From: an uncultured Clostridia bacterium
GTDB taxonomy: Bacteria; Bacillota; Clostridia; Christensenellales; UBA3700
Assembly: GCA_944380395.1 (NCBI GenBank)
Contig: CALWHM010000004.1
Location: forward strand, 8,379 to 72,378
Reading direction: 5' to 3'
Length of the DNA stretch: 64,000 nucleotides
Shown one piece after another: positions 1-13,378 of the stretch. Within the stretch, counting starts at the first letter, position 1, and each line of letters starts with the position of its first letter. The notes below the pieces were generated by a model. That model was not told the DNA's origin. It ran no database searches and was given only the letters and a program-made list of their open reading frames with translations. The translations under genes and the position numbers were made by a program.

Positions 1-848
1 TTCAAATTTTCCGCATCCATACGCTCCGCATACTTTTTGATAAGTTCCACGCGGTGCTCGTGCAGATCGCAGCACGTTATCTCTATATTTGCAAGTTCAC
101 TTAAATATACGGCTTTACCTCCCGGCGCGCTGCACATATCCAAAACTTTATCTCCGTCGCCAACCCGGGCTTTCAGACAGCATTTCATAGAGGTCAGCGA
201 TTGCATAGTCATATATCCGCCGTTAAAGAGCGGATACAGCTTTTCTCCCCAATCCACAAAATATCCCAAACCGCTGTCCGTATATTCCACACCGGCATTT
301 TTCAACATCTCTCCCAGTTTTTCGTGCGTTGTCTTACGCGCATTATGGCGTATATGCTGTTTAGTAAAAGGCTCCTTGGATAAAAACTCTTCCGCGCGTT
401 CCCAACCGTATTGCGAAATATATTTATTCACTATCCAAAGCGGAACAGAAGCGGTGACGGACAATTTTTCCGCAGGAGATTTGGGAAGTTTTACCCCTGC
501 ACTCAAATATTTTTGAAAAACCGCATTCAGGAAGCCTTTCACCGCGCCCTTGCCCAAAGTTTCAGCGCAGTCCAATATCCTGTTTACGGCGGCATAATCG
601 GGGACGGAATCCATATAATCGAGCATATAAAAGCCCATTTTCAAAAGAATTACCGCATAAGGTTTGGGACGCTTTGCTACAAGCTTGCTTATCACGTATT
701 CATAATGGGTATCCCTTTCCAAAACGCCGTACACGGCGCGCGTGACAAAACCGCCCTTTGCACGCGAACGGTTAAGGGCGCGCTCGCCGTAGCTGTCGCC
801 TTTATATATATCGGATAATATATCGTATATATATAAGTCTTCTTTCAT
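1..848 (-). CDS. rsmB: 16S rRNA m5C methyltransferase RsmB/Sun, 5' part only (gene runs off the window start)
   Basis: My own reverse-strand translation from ATG 848-846 gives MKEDLYIYDILSDIYKGDSYGER. In the same frame, nt 140-93 give DMCSAPGGKAVYLSEL, the SAM-binding motif of the RsmB/NOL1 family. I checked nt 1-180 and found no in-frame stop. The start forms an ATGA overlap with the fmt stop, and the order is the classic def-fmt-rsmB. It is absent from the ORF track because it is truncated. Confidence 0.8.
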   Translation of the reverse strand, partial: MKEDLYIYDILSDIYKGDSYGERALNRSRAKGGFVTRAVYGVLERDTHYEYVISKLVAKRPKPYAVILLKMGFYMLDYMDSVPDYAAVNRILDCAETLGKGAVKGFLNAVFQKYLSAGVKLPKSPAEKLSVTASVPLWIVNKYISQYGWERAEEFLSKEPFTKQHIRHNARKTTHEKLGEMLKNAGVEYTDSGLGYFVDWGEKLYPLFNGGYMTMQSLTSMKCCLKARVGDGDKVLDMCSAPGGKAVYLSELANIEITCCDLHEHRVELIKKYAERMDAENL

Positions 849-1756
849 CCCAATACCGCTCCGTCCAACTTATGTCCTGCCAAAAATGCGGCTATATCCA
901 TTTTTTTACCGCCTTCAAGCTGCACCTGCAAAAGCTCCAAACTGCCTTTCCCGCACCCTACGTACGCCTTTGAGTCCTTAACGGTAACGACTCCTATTGA
1001 CCCGCTTAAATCGCAATATTTAGCTTTGATGATTTTCAGCACCTTATCCCCCAGCCTGGTATAGGCGGACGGCCAAGGCGTAAGTCCGCGTATCAGCCTG
1101 TCCAAAACCTCAGCGTCACGGGAAAAATCAAGCGCGCCGTCGGACTTTTCCAGCATTCGGCAATGCACGACTTTCGATTCGTCCTGCGGCGTATAAACGG
1201 CAGATGACGACGCAATTGCCTCAATGGCTTTTTTCAAAAGCTTTCCGCCCATCACTTTCAGGCGCTCGAAAAGTTCCCCCGCCGTTTCTTCTTCGCCTAT
1301 CGGCGTGGACTCCTGCATTAAAATATCTCCGGAATCCACTTTAAGAGCCGTGCGCATTATCGTGACCCCCGTCACTTTATCACCGTTGATTATAGCCCAT
1401 TGTATGGGGGCGGAGCCGCGGTATTTGGGTAAAAGAGAAGCGTGCACGTTTATGGTCCCCAAAGGAGGTATATCCAATATCTTCTGCGACAATATCTGCC
1501 CGAATGCGCAGGTGACAAACAAGTCCGCGCCCAGCAGGCTCAGCTCATCCACCCCGTCGCGGCTGACCTTTTCGTACTGCAATACTTTCAGCCCCAAGTC
1601 CAACGCAAGCTGTTTTACGGGCGAATATGTGACTTTGCGCCTGTCGCGCTCCCTGTCAGGCTGAGTGACCACCGCCACCACCTCGTGTCCGCTTTCCACA
1701 CACGCGCGCAGAGAGTCAAGCGCGAAATCGGGTGTTCCGAAAAAAACTATCCTCAT
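845..1756 (-). CDS. fmt: methionyl-tRNA formyltransferase
   Basis: 303 aa. Carries MRIVFFGTPDFA and HASLLPKYRGSAPIQ formyltransferase motifs. It has a 4-nt overlap with def upstream and with rsmB downstream. Confidence 0.95.
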   Translation of the reverse strand: MRIVFFGTPDFALDSLRACVESGHEVVAVVTQPDRERDRRKVTYSPVKQLALDLGLKVLQYEKVSRDGVDELSLLGADLFVTCAFGQILSQKILDIPPLGTINVHASLLPKYRGSAPIQWAIINGDKVTGVTIMRTALKVDSGDILMQESTPIGEEETAGELFERLKVMGGKLLKKAIEAIASSSAVYTPQDESKVVHCRMLEKSDGALDFSRDAEVLDRLIRGLTPWPSAYTRLGDKVLKIIKAKYCDLSGSIGVVTVKDSKAYVGCGKGSLELLQVQLEGGKKMDIAAFLAGHKLDGAVLG

Positions 1757-2220
1757 TTTTTCTCCGCTTGGCGATAGCCGCCCTTGTATTCGTAATCGTA
1801 GAAGAGATGTCCGTCAAGATGGTCTATTTCATGACAGCATGCGCGCGCGGTAAAACCGCTGTACTTACCCGTATGCTCTTTCCCGTACCTGTCAAAGTAA
1901 CGCACGGTTATATTCATCGGACGTTCCACCATACACGCCTTGTTAGGCACGCTCAAACACGCTTCCTGCCCCACCTGAGAGCCCGATCTTTCGACTATAA
2001 CGGGATTGACAAGTTCTATATAAGTCTCTCCGACTTCAACGACCGCAAGCCTGCGCGCAATGCCGACCTGCGGACCCGCAAGCCCCACGCCGTCGGCATG
2101 CTTCATTGTTTCGCGCATATCGTCGAGCAATTTACCCAATTTATCGTCAAACCTATCCACCTTGCGGCTTATTCTGCGCAAGATGGGATCGCCGTCTTTC
2201 ACAATATCTCTTAAAGACAT
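1753..2220 (-). CDS. def: peptide deformylase
   Basis: 155 aa with the three PDF motifs GLAGPQVG, EACLSVP and HEIDHL. Confidence 0.95.
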   Translation of the reverse strand: MSLRDIVKDGDPILRRISRKVDRFDDKLGKLLDDMRETMKHADGVGLAGPQVGIARRLAVVEVGETYIELVNPVIVERSGSQVGQEACLSVPNKACMVERPMNITVRYFDRYGKEHTGKYSGFTARACCHEIDHLDGHLFYDYEYKGGYRQAEKK

Positions 2221-2230
2221 ATCATCCCTC

Positions 2231-4420
2231 CTAATTCAAGTTTTGCGGATTTATTTCCGCAAATACGCTTACGCCTTTGACCATATTCTCATCCATAGCG
2301 GCATAGGCGTCTGCTATTATGCTTCTCTCGCGCGTCCGTTTGAAGCGCATTAATATCTGATATCTGAATTTGCCCTCTATCTTGTTTATCGGGCTTTTCA
2401 TCGCCTGCATATACACTATATCGTAGCCGTACTTTCTTTCAAGCGGCTTTATCTTGTAATATATGTTTTTTGCGCACTTTATCACGTCGTCCTCAACTTG
2501 TCCCGACATCAAAATGCGCATTATCGTGGAATAAGGCGGATAGTCGGACACAAGGCGGGTATTGTTTTCCTTCTCGAAAAACCCATCGTAATCGTAATTC
2601 GCGGCAAAACGGAATACATAGTGTCTTGGAGAGTACGTCTGCAATATGACCCTGCCGGATTTTGCCGCCCTGCCTGCCCTGCCCGCCACCTGGGTGACAA
2701 GCTGAAATGTGCGCTCAGCGGAACGGTAATCGCTGAAATAAAGGCTCATATCCGCGTCCAATATTCCCACAAGTGTGACATTGGGGAAATCGTGCCCCTT
2801 GGCTATCATCTGCGTACCCACGAGTATCTGCGCTTCTCCTGCGGAAAACGCGCCCAATATGTCCAGATATGCTGACTTTGTGGCGGTGGTTTCATTATCC
2901 ATTCTAAGGATATTCACACCGGGAAACGCTTTTTCAAGTTCCGCCACAACTCTCTGCGTGCCTATTTTTCCGTATCGTATATCCCTGCTCCCGCATTCGG
3001 GACAGCAGTCCAGCATCTTGTATTTTTTACCGCAGTAGTGGCATTTTAGCATATTATCCACGGAATGATATGTCAATGTAATGTCGCAATCTGTGCACTT
3101 GGCGATATAGCCGCACTTTTTGCACATAACGAAAGAAGAGTGTCCGCGCCTGTTCAAGAATATCATCGCCTGCTCGCCGCGCTCCACAGTCTGCTTCAAA
3201 GCCTGCATCATCGCCGCGGAAAATATTCCCGCATTTCCGGCGATTATCTCCTCTTTCATATCCACTATCTGCATAGAGGGCATATTGCCGCTTATCCTTT
3301 CGTCCATGCGAATAAGTTCGTATTGACCTTTCTTTGCAAGCAAAAAGCTTTCTATCGACGGCGTGGCGCTGCCCAAAATAACTTTCCCACCGTTATAATG
3401 CGCGCGCCATTTGGCTATATCGGACGTTATGTATCTCGGATTGGATTCGCTTACGTATGACGAATCGTGCTCCTCGTCAATTATAACGACTCCCAAATCG
3501 CGTACGGGGGCGAATATCGCGGACCGCGCGCCGACCACAACTTTTGCGGCGCCCGTTACTATCCTTCTCCATTCATCAAACCTCTCCCCATCAGATAAAC
3601 CGCTGTGCAGCATTGCCACTATATCCCCGAAACGCGCGCGGAATATTCTGAGCGTTTGCGGAGTAAGCGATATTTCGGGAACCAGCATAATGGCTGTTTT
3701 ACCGCGCGCGAGAGCTTCTGCAATGCATCTCATATAAACTTCCGTCTTTCCGCTTCCCGTAACCCCGTATAGCAGGCTTACGGTCTTAGACGTGGATAAA
3801 ATCACATCCAAAGCCGCCTGCTGGGAAGGACGCAGCGCGGGCAGTTCCGCATTTGAGGGCTCAAGTCCCTGCGGCGAACGGAGAATTTCCTTGTCTGTCT
3901 TTATCAAAAGTTTGCGCTTTATCAGCGTATTTACGCAAGAAGCGGACACCTCGCTTGTGAGGCGTGAGAGGAACTCGCCGCCGTTTTTCAATCTTTCTAT
4001 AACCGCTCTTCTTGCGGGAGATCCCGCCTCTTCCAGCAGTTGCTCGTACGGTTTGTCTTGTGCAAGCGAAACAAATATGCGTTTAAGTTCGCGTACTCGA
4101 CCGCCGCGAAGTTTGGACGGAATGAGCAGCCTTAAACAATCCACGTAGCGGACAAAGTAGCGCTCGCGCATAAAATCGACAAGCTCCAACTGTTCTTCCG
4201 TTATGGCGCTGTAAGGATCGAGACGGGCTTTTATCTCCTTTAACTTATGCGATGTCTGCGCCGTTTCTTTCAAATCGATACAAAAGCCTTCAATCGTCTT
4301 ATTGCCGAAAGGCACGAGCACTCTGTCGCCTTTCTTTATTCCCAACTCATCCGGCGCGATATATTCGAATATCCTGTCTATTTCCGCCGTGCTTATATCG
4401 ACGATTACGCTTGCGACCAT
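2231..4420 (-). CDS. priA: primosomal protein N' (replication restart helicase)
   Basis: 729 aa. Has Walker A GVTGSGKTEVY, a DEEHD box, and a Cys-rich zinc region (CKKCGY..CTDCD..CHYCG..CPECG). Confidence 0.95.
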   Translation of the reverse strand: MVASVIVDISTAEIDRIFEYIAPDELGIKKGDRVLVPFGNKTIEGFCIDLKETAQTSHKLKEIKARLDPYSAITEEQLELVDFMRERYFVRYVDCLRLLIPSKLRGGRVRELKRIFVSLAQDKPYEQLLEEAGSPARRAVIERLKNGGEFLSRLTSEVSASCVNTLIKRKLLIKTDKEILRSPQGLEPSNAELPALRPSQQAALDVILSTSKTVSLLYGVTGSGKTEVYMRCIAEALARGKTAIMLVPEISLTPQTLRIFRARFGDIVAMLHSGLSDGERFDEWRRIVTGAAKVVVGARSAIFAPVRDLGVVIIDEEHDSSYVSESNPRYITSDIAKWRAHYNGGKVILGSATPSIESFLLAKKGQYELIRMDERISGNMPSMQIVDMKEEIIAGNAGIFSAAMMQALKQTVERGEQAMIFLNRRGHSSFVMCKKCGYIAKCTDCDITLTYHSVDNMLKCHYCGKKYKMLDCCPECGSRDIRYGKIGTQRVVAELEKAFPGVNILRMDNETTATKSAYLDILGAFSAGEAQILVGTQMIAKGHDFPNVTLVGILDADMSLYFSDYRSAERTFQLVTQVAGRAGRAAKSGRVILQTYSPRHYVFRFAANYDYDGFFEKENNTRLVSDYPPYSTIMRILMSGQVEDDVIKCAKNIYYKIKPLERKYGYDIVYMQAMKSPINKIEGKFRYQILMRFKRTRERSIIADAYAAMDENMVKGVSVFAEINPQNLN

Positions 4421-5586
4421 AAACTTTGTATCTCGTCCACTACCTCTTTGGCTATTTCACTCTTGTCTGCGGCGGGATATTCCGCCTTGTATCCGCCGTT
4501 TTTGATAATGATAACGGCGTTTTTATCCGAATCAAAACCTATGTCGGGCTTGGATACGTCGTTGGCAACCACCATATCCGCGCCTTTCGCCCGCAATTTT
4601 TCCGCGGCGCTTTCAAGCAATCCCTGCGTTTCCGCGCAGAAAATCACCAACTTTCTTTTGCCCTTGACTTTGCCCAAAGACGCGGCAATGTCGGGGTTTT
4701 TTTTGAGCCGAAGCGTTATCTCTTCGCCTTTTATCTTGTTCGTATATTCCTCCGCCGGAGAGTAATCCCCAACGGCGGCGGCTTTGATAATGCAGTCGCA
4801 GCTCTCATATTCGCGCATACACGCTTCAAGCATCTCCTTGGCGCTTGTCACGCGTATAACTTTATCCGTATCCGGCGCGGGCACTTTCATATTTGCGGCA
4901 ACAAGCGTCACTTGCGCTCCCCGCCGTTTTAATTCCCGCACGATAGCGCAGCCCATCTTGCCGCTGGAACGATTGGTGATATATCGCACTCCGTCGATAT
5001 TCTCCATAGTGCCGCCCGCGGTTACAAGAAATTTTTTACCCGCAAGCACGGACGATTCAGCAAATACGCTTTTGACAACCTCAACGATTTTTTCCGGCTC
5101 TGCCATTCGCCCTTTGCCCACATCGCCGCAGGCAAGATTTCCCGTTTCAGGAGAAACGATGATAAAGCCGCGCTCCTTAAGCGTGCGCAAATTCTGCTGC
5201 GTGGCGGCATTTTCGTACATATGCGCGTTCATCGCGGGACATACGATTACGGGACACACGACGGCAAGCGCTGCGGACGTGAGCAGATCGTCTGCTATGC
5301 CGCAAGCCAATTTGGCGATGATGTTCGCCGTTGCGGGAGCGATAACGAACACGTCCGCCTGTTTTGCCAAGTTGATATGCGCTATTTCCCTGTCCGCCAC
5401 GCCGTCAAACATTTCGCAATAGACATGCCTGTGCGTGAGCGCTTGGAATGTGAGCGGCGTGACAAACTCGGCTGCGTTTTTTGTGAGCACCACATTTACT
5501 TCACAGCCGGATTTTGTCAAAGCGGAAACTGCCGTGCAACTTTTATAGCACGCAATACCGCCGCTTACGCCAAACAACACGTTCAT
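4405..5586 (-). CDS. coaBC: bifunctional phosphopantothenoylcysteine decarboxylase / phosphopantothenate-cysteine ligase
   Basis: 393 aa. An N-terminal flavoprotein domain (GVSGGIACYK) is followed by a C-terminal CoaB domain (ITNRSSGKMG). It sits between rpoZ and priA, as in B. subtilis. Confidence 0.9.
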   Translation of the reverse strand: MNVLFGVSGGIACYKSCTAVSALTKSGCEVNVVLTKNAAEFVTPLTFQALTHRHVYCEMFDGVADREIAHINLAKQADVFVIAPATANIIAKLACGIADDLLTSAALAVVCPVIVCPAMNAHMYENAATQQNLRTLKERGFIIVSPETGNLACGDVGKGRMAEPEKIVEVVKSVFAESSVLAGKKFLVTAGGTMENIDGVRYITNRSSGKMGCAIVRELKRRGAQVTLVAANMKVPAPDTDKVIRVTSAKEMLEACMREYESCDCIIKAAAVGDYSPAEEYTNKIKGEEITLRLKKNPDIAASLGKVKGKRKLVIFCAETQGLLESAAEKLRAKGADMVVANDVSKPDIGFDSDKNAVIIIKNGGYKAEYPAADKSEIAKEVVDEIQSLWSQA

Positions 5587-5792
5587 CAGATATTTTCGCT
5601 CCTGACAACTATCTTGTCTTCGTAAATTTCTTTCGCGGCATAGCTGATGGACTTCATACCCGATTCCTTGAGCAATTCGGGATATTGCGCGTCAAGCTGC
5701 CTTGCCCTTTTTGCAACGCCGCAAACGAGTGCGTAACGGCACTCTGCCTTTTTGATAAGTTTGTCGATGGGGGGATCGATCATCATATTCAA
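5586..5792 (-). CDS. rpoZ: DNA-directed RNA polymerase subunit omega
   Basis: 68 aa. Has the RYALVCGVAKRARQL core and the gmk-rpoZ adjacency. Confidence 0.85.
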   Translation of the reverse strand: MNMMIDPPIDKLIKKAECRYALVCGVAKRARQLDAQYPELLKESGMKSISYAAKEIYEDKIVVRSENI

Positions 5793-6451
5793 TTACCTCC
5801 GCCTATTAAATTTTTTATGTATTCGATATTGTTTTTTACGCAATATTTTTCCGCTTTTACGCGCTCATTCGCGTCATCGCTGCCAAGCGCCTTTATGATT
5901 TCCAGCACCTCGCCACGGCACTGTTCCAAATCGTCGTTGACTACGGCGTAGTCGTATTCCAACGCCTTTTTTATCTCTCCTTCCGCATTGCGCATACGCA
6001 GCTTTATCACATCCGGTGAGTCCGTCTGCCTGCCGCTCAGGCGCGAATAAAGCCCCTCCATACTGTTTGGAAGAATGAATATGAGCACTGCGTCCGGCAC
6101 GGTTTTTTTCACGGAAAGTCCGCCTTTCACATCTATGACCAGCGCCGCGTCGTATCCTTCTTCACGCAGCTTTTCCACATATGAAGCGGGGGTGGCGTAA
6201 CTGTTTCCGTGCACGGTTTCATGCTCCAAAAAGTCGCCTTCTTCCAACATTTTATCATACTGTTCCTGCGTGATAAAATGATAATGCACCCCGTTAATTT
6301 CGCCCGTCCTGGGCACCCTGGTGGTCACGGAAATTGAGCGCTTCAAGCACGCGTCTTTCTCCATCACACCTTTAAGCACCGTATCTTTTCCCACCCCGGA
6401 AGGACCGGACAAGACTATCAGCAAGCCTTTTCTTTTCATATTATTCCACAT
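5789..6451 (-). CDS. gmk: guanylate kinase
   Basis: P-loop GPSGVGKDT and a guanylate kinase fold sequence. The start could be ATG 6451 or ATG 6439 (MKRKGLLIVLSGPSG). Confidence 0.92.
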   Translation of the reverse strand: MWNNMKRKGLLIVLSGPSGVGKDTVLKGVMEKDACLKRSISVTTRVPRTGEINGVHYHFITQEQYDKMLEEGDFLEHETVHGNSYATPASYVEKLREEGYDAALVIDVKGGLSVKKTVPDAVLIFILPNSMEGLYSRLSGRQTDSPDVIKLRMRNAEGEIKKALEYDYAVVNDDLEQCRGEVLEIIKALGSDDANERVKAEKYCVKNNIEYIKNLIGGGN

Positions 6452-7310
6452 TCTGCACTTGTTCGCGCACTTTTTCTATCTCACACTTGGCGTCTATCAC
6501 GCACTGGGCTATTTTGGAATCGCTGCACTTGGAACCAATCGTGTTGGTTTCCCTGTTCATCTCCTGCACGATAAAATCCAGCTTTTTACCCAAAGCGCCC
6601 TTTCCTTTGCATATATCCGAAAAATGGGCGATATGCGACCTAAGCCGCGCTATCTCCTCATCCACCGCAACTTTATCGGCAAAAAACGCCGCCTCGTTCA
6701 TAAGGCGCGCTTCATCAAAAGCCACGTCGCCCAACATCTCCGTTATCCTCTCGCGCATACGATTTTTATGCTCTTCAACCGTAAGCGGCGCCAATTTTTC
6801 CACCTCGTCCACAAAAGAAGATATATTCGCCGCCTTTTCACTGAGATCGCGCAAGAGCATTTCGCCCTCTTTTGCCCGCATAGTGCACAGTCCTTCGAGC
6901 GCCTGTTTTACGGCCTGCTCCACAAGAGAGCCGACCGCGTCTTCATCTTCGTCCTCATCCTTGACGACCACCACGTCGGGCATTTTCAACAAGGCGGCGA
7001 CGCTCATATCATTGCCGATGGAAAACTTCATTGAAGCCTTTGCCGCCAGCGTACAGTAGTCGCGCGCCAGCTGTTCATCCATACTTATCTTGCCGCCCGA
7101 CTCACGCTCATAGCTGACATATATGTCCAAATGTCCGCGTGACACGGCAGCCTTTACCGCATTGCGAATTATATCTTCCGCAAAGCCCAAGGTGCGCGGC
7201 AGCTTTATGTTCATATCCAAAAAACGGTGGTTTACGGACTTTATCTCCACGCCTACTTTTCTGCCGGCGCCTTCCGCAATTCCTTTACCGTATCCGGTCA
7301 TACTGTTCAT
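6441..7310 (-). CDS. yicC: YicC/YloC family stress-induced protein
   Basis: 289 aa. Has an SMTGYG N-terminus and a C-terminal FIVQEMNRETNTIGSK (DUF1732) motif. It lies upstream of gmk, as B. subtilis yloC does. Confidence 0.85.
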   Translation of the reverse strand: MNSMTGYGKGIAEGAGRKVGVEIKSVNHRFLDMNIKLPRTLGFAEDIIRNAVKAAVSRGHLDIYVSYERESGGKISMDEQLARDYCTLAAKASMKFSIGNDMSVAALLKMPDVVVVKDEDEDEDAVGSLVEQAVKQALEGLCTMRAKEGEMLLRDLSEKAANISSFVDEVEKLAPLTVEEHKNRMRERITEMLGDVAFDEARLMNEAAFFADKVAVDEEIARLRSHIAHFSDICKGKGALGKKLDFIVQEMNRETNTIGSKCSDSKIAQCVIDAKCEIEKVREQVQNVE

Positions 7311-7343
7311 GGCAAACCTCTTTATCCGATTTCTCGTTATGAC

Positions 7344-7372
7344 ATTATATCATATGCGCGCAAAAAAGACAA
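7344..7372 (-). promoter_or_regulatory. sigma-A type promoter for the yicC-gmk-rpoZ-coaBC-priA-def-fmt-rsmB operon
   Basis: The minus strand reads TTGTCT-17 nt-TGaTATAAT. An AAAGAGG Shine-Dalgarno follows before ATG 7310. Confidence 0.6.
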
Positions 7373-7383
7373 ATAAATATTAT

Positions 7384-7402
7384 AAAAAAGCGGCGCGCTT
7401 TT
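7384..7402 (-). terminator. weak rho-independent terminator after ligA
   Basis: The minus strand reads AAAAGCG-cgc-CGCTTTTTT. This is a 7-bp stem with a 3-nt loop, and part of the T run lies inside the stem. Confidence 0.45.
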
Positions 7403-7509
7403 GAAATCGCCCGAACCTTGAGAGAACTTTTAAGTATCGATTTCATTTTCGCAACCGCTCTTTGCTTACGAATATTTATCCGAAAATGCGCTCTTCACCT
7501 AAACCGGGT

Positions 7510-11611
<4,102 letters not shown>

Positions 11612-11640
11612 AGCTTTCTGCCTTTTTCTTAATTTATATT

Positions 11641-11669
11641 ATATTAGCACAAAACGCGGAATTTTGCAA
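11641..11669 (-). promoter_or_regulatory. candidate promoter for pcrA-ligA
   Basis: The minus strand reads TTGCAA-17 nt-TGcTAATAT. An alternative TATAAT lies 3 nt further downstream. Confidence 0.45.
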
Positions 11670-11705
11670 GGATTAACGCCTATTAAAATAAGCGCCTTAT
11701 ATCCG

Positions 11706-13340
11706 TCAAATATTGTTTATAACATAATTGCCGGGATCGGATATAGTATCCCAATCAAAACTTTTCCCGCCGACTACGTTAAATACTATCCTCCCGACTA
11801 TATTAGAGAATGCGTAGTCGCCTATACGGATCACGCTTGCCGGAATTGTTATCTCATTTATGGCGGTAGACATAAATGCGTTACTGCCTATGTCCGTAAG
11901 CGTATCGGGAAGCTCAACGGAAGAAAGCGCCGTGCATTCGACAAAAGTATCGTTAGGTATCACCGCAAGAGCGGTCGGGAGAACCACTTCCGTAAGTTTT
12001 GCACATCCTGAAAATACACCCTCGCCTTTTATCTCTGTTTTAGTGCCCTCGAATTTTACTTTTTTAAGTTCGGCGCAATATGCAAACGCTTCTCTTTCGA
12101 CATACTCTATTCCCCCGTGCAATACAACGGAAGTTATATCCGTGCCGTAAAACGCATAAGCTTCCACTCCGTTCACGGGATATCCGGCAAGCGTTTGCGG
12201 CAAAACTATATCCTTTTCACAGCCGATATAATCGACGATATATGCTTTATTGTTGTCTATATTGTAACTAAAACCGTTCTCTTCCCCGTCCACGAGCATA
12301 TCGTAATCAAAAACAGCCGTCCCCGAATCATTCTTTTTATTCCATAATGCGTTATACCCAAAAGGCTTTATACTCAAATTTATCTTCAAATCGTCGCGGC
12401 ACCCGACAAAAACGCCGTCCCCGGCCTTTTGGACGGAAGCGGGAAAAGTTACTTCTGTCAAATTCTTATTTTTGGAAAAAGCATATGCGATTATCTCTTC
12501 CGTACCGTCTGCCACTTCATATTTTCCGCCGATATCCGCCAACGCGAACACCAGCTTCATACCTGAATACAGCGCTCCGTTATAGACGCGATATCTGTCG
12601 CCCGAACATATCACGCTCGTAACGCCGCAGCCCGCAAACGCTCCGCCGCTTATTGAAACATCGCTGCCCAAATAGACCGACGTAAGCGCCGCACACTCTT
12701 CAAACGCGTCTTTATCCAAACAAACATTGCAGTCTGAATGAACGGATGGAATAAATATCTCTTGTGCTGAAATATCTTTCAGCCCCGTAATATGCGCCGC
12801 GCCGTCGCGAATCGTATAATGAAACGTTTGATTAAAATAATCTTCTCCGACAAATGCTCCGTACAATTTACTTCCCGACGGAGCCACCGTCACGGCGCCG
12901 CCTGCTGGATCGGTCAAATCCGCATTTGTAAACCAACCGAAAAACTCACCCGACTCATCTGTTTCATATGCCAGCGTATTAACGGTCTCCCCGGTACGCG
13001 CGCTCACAACGGAATACTGCACTCCATTAACAAAATATGTTACGGAATTTTCGTTTGCCTCCCATTTTGCGATAAACGTAACGTTAGAATTGATCACGGC
13101 AAGCGTTACGTCTTTGCCGTTTTCATCTGTCCATCCGCCGAAAGTATACCCCTCCCGCGTAGGGGAATATGCGGACAAGTCCAAGGCGCCGCCTTCTTCC
13201 ACAATAAGCTCGCCGATATCCATATTTCCGCCGCCAAGCTCAAAAGTGACCGTATATTGCTTTGGGGCGCATGCAAAAAGCGCCGCCGCGCAAACGGCTA
13301 TCAGCAGAACGAATATAAGTATAACGGTCTTCTTTTTCAT
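11706..13340 (-). CDS. BspA-like leucine-rich-repeat surface lipoprotein with Listeria-Bacteroides (Flg_new) repeats
   Basis: The signal and lipobox are MKKKTVILIFVLLIAVCAAALFAC. Two repeats match the YTVTF..GGxxxGW type. These are followed by repeated LRR_5-type units (..AFxxCxxLTSVxLPxxV..IGxxAF). I prefer ATG 13340 over the GTG at 13361 because 13340 opens the signal peptide. Confidence 0.75.
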   Translation of the reverse strand: MKKKTVILIFVLLIAVCAAALFACAPKQYTVTFELGGGNMDIGELIVEEGGALDLSAYSPTREGYTFGGWTDENGKDVTLAVINSNVTFIAKWEANENSVTYFVNGVQYSVVSARTGETVNTLAYETDESGEFFGWFTNADLTDPAGGAVTVAPSGSKLYGAFVGEDYFNQTFHYTIRDGAAHITGLKDISAQEIFIPSVHSDCNVCLDKDAFEECAALTSVYLGSDVSISGGAFAGCGVTSVICSGDRYRVYNGALYSGMKLVFALADIGGKYEVADGTEEIIAYAFSKNKNLTEVTFPASVQKAGDGVFVGCRDDLKINLSIKPFGYNALWNKKNDSGTAVFDYDMLVDGEENGFSYNIDNNKAYIVDYIGCEKDIVLPQTLAGYPVNGVEAYAFYGTDITSVVLHGGIEYVEREAFAYCAELKKVKFEGTKTEIKGEGVFSGCAKLTEVVLPTALAVIPNDTFVECTALSSVELPDTLTDIGSNAFMSTAINEITIPASVIRIGDYAFSNIVGRIVFNVVGGKSFDWDTISDPGNYVINNI

Positions 13341-13349
13341 TGCAAGTTT

Positions 13350-13378
13350 ATTATATCGCACGCGCGCTTAAAAGTCAA
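13350..13378 (-). promoter_or_regulatory. consensus promoter directly abutting the LRR lipoprotein start codon
   Basis: The minus strand reads TTGACT-17 nt-TATAAT, then only 9 nt (AAACTTGCA, no SD) to ATG 13340. Confidence 0.65.

Noticed and set aside
13356-13372. GCGCGC-containing spacers occur in several promoters: nifS-fusion (TAGGCGCGCTTAT), LRR gene (TTAAGCGCGCGTG), rpmF (ACGCGCGT) and yicC (TTGCGCGCAT). I considered them as a shared operator motif.
   Set aside because: CGCGCG and GCGCGC strings are frequent throughout this window, including inside coding regions. The flanking bases differ between the promoters. There is no common extended motif beyond the hexamer.
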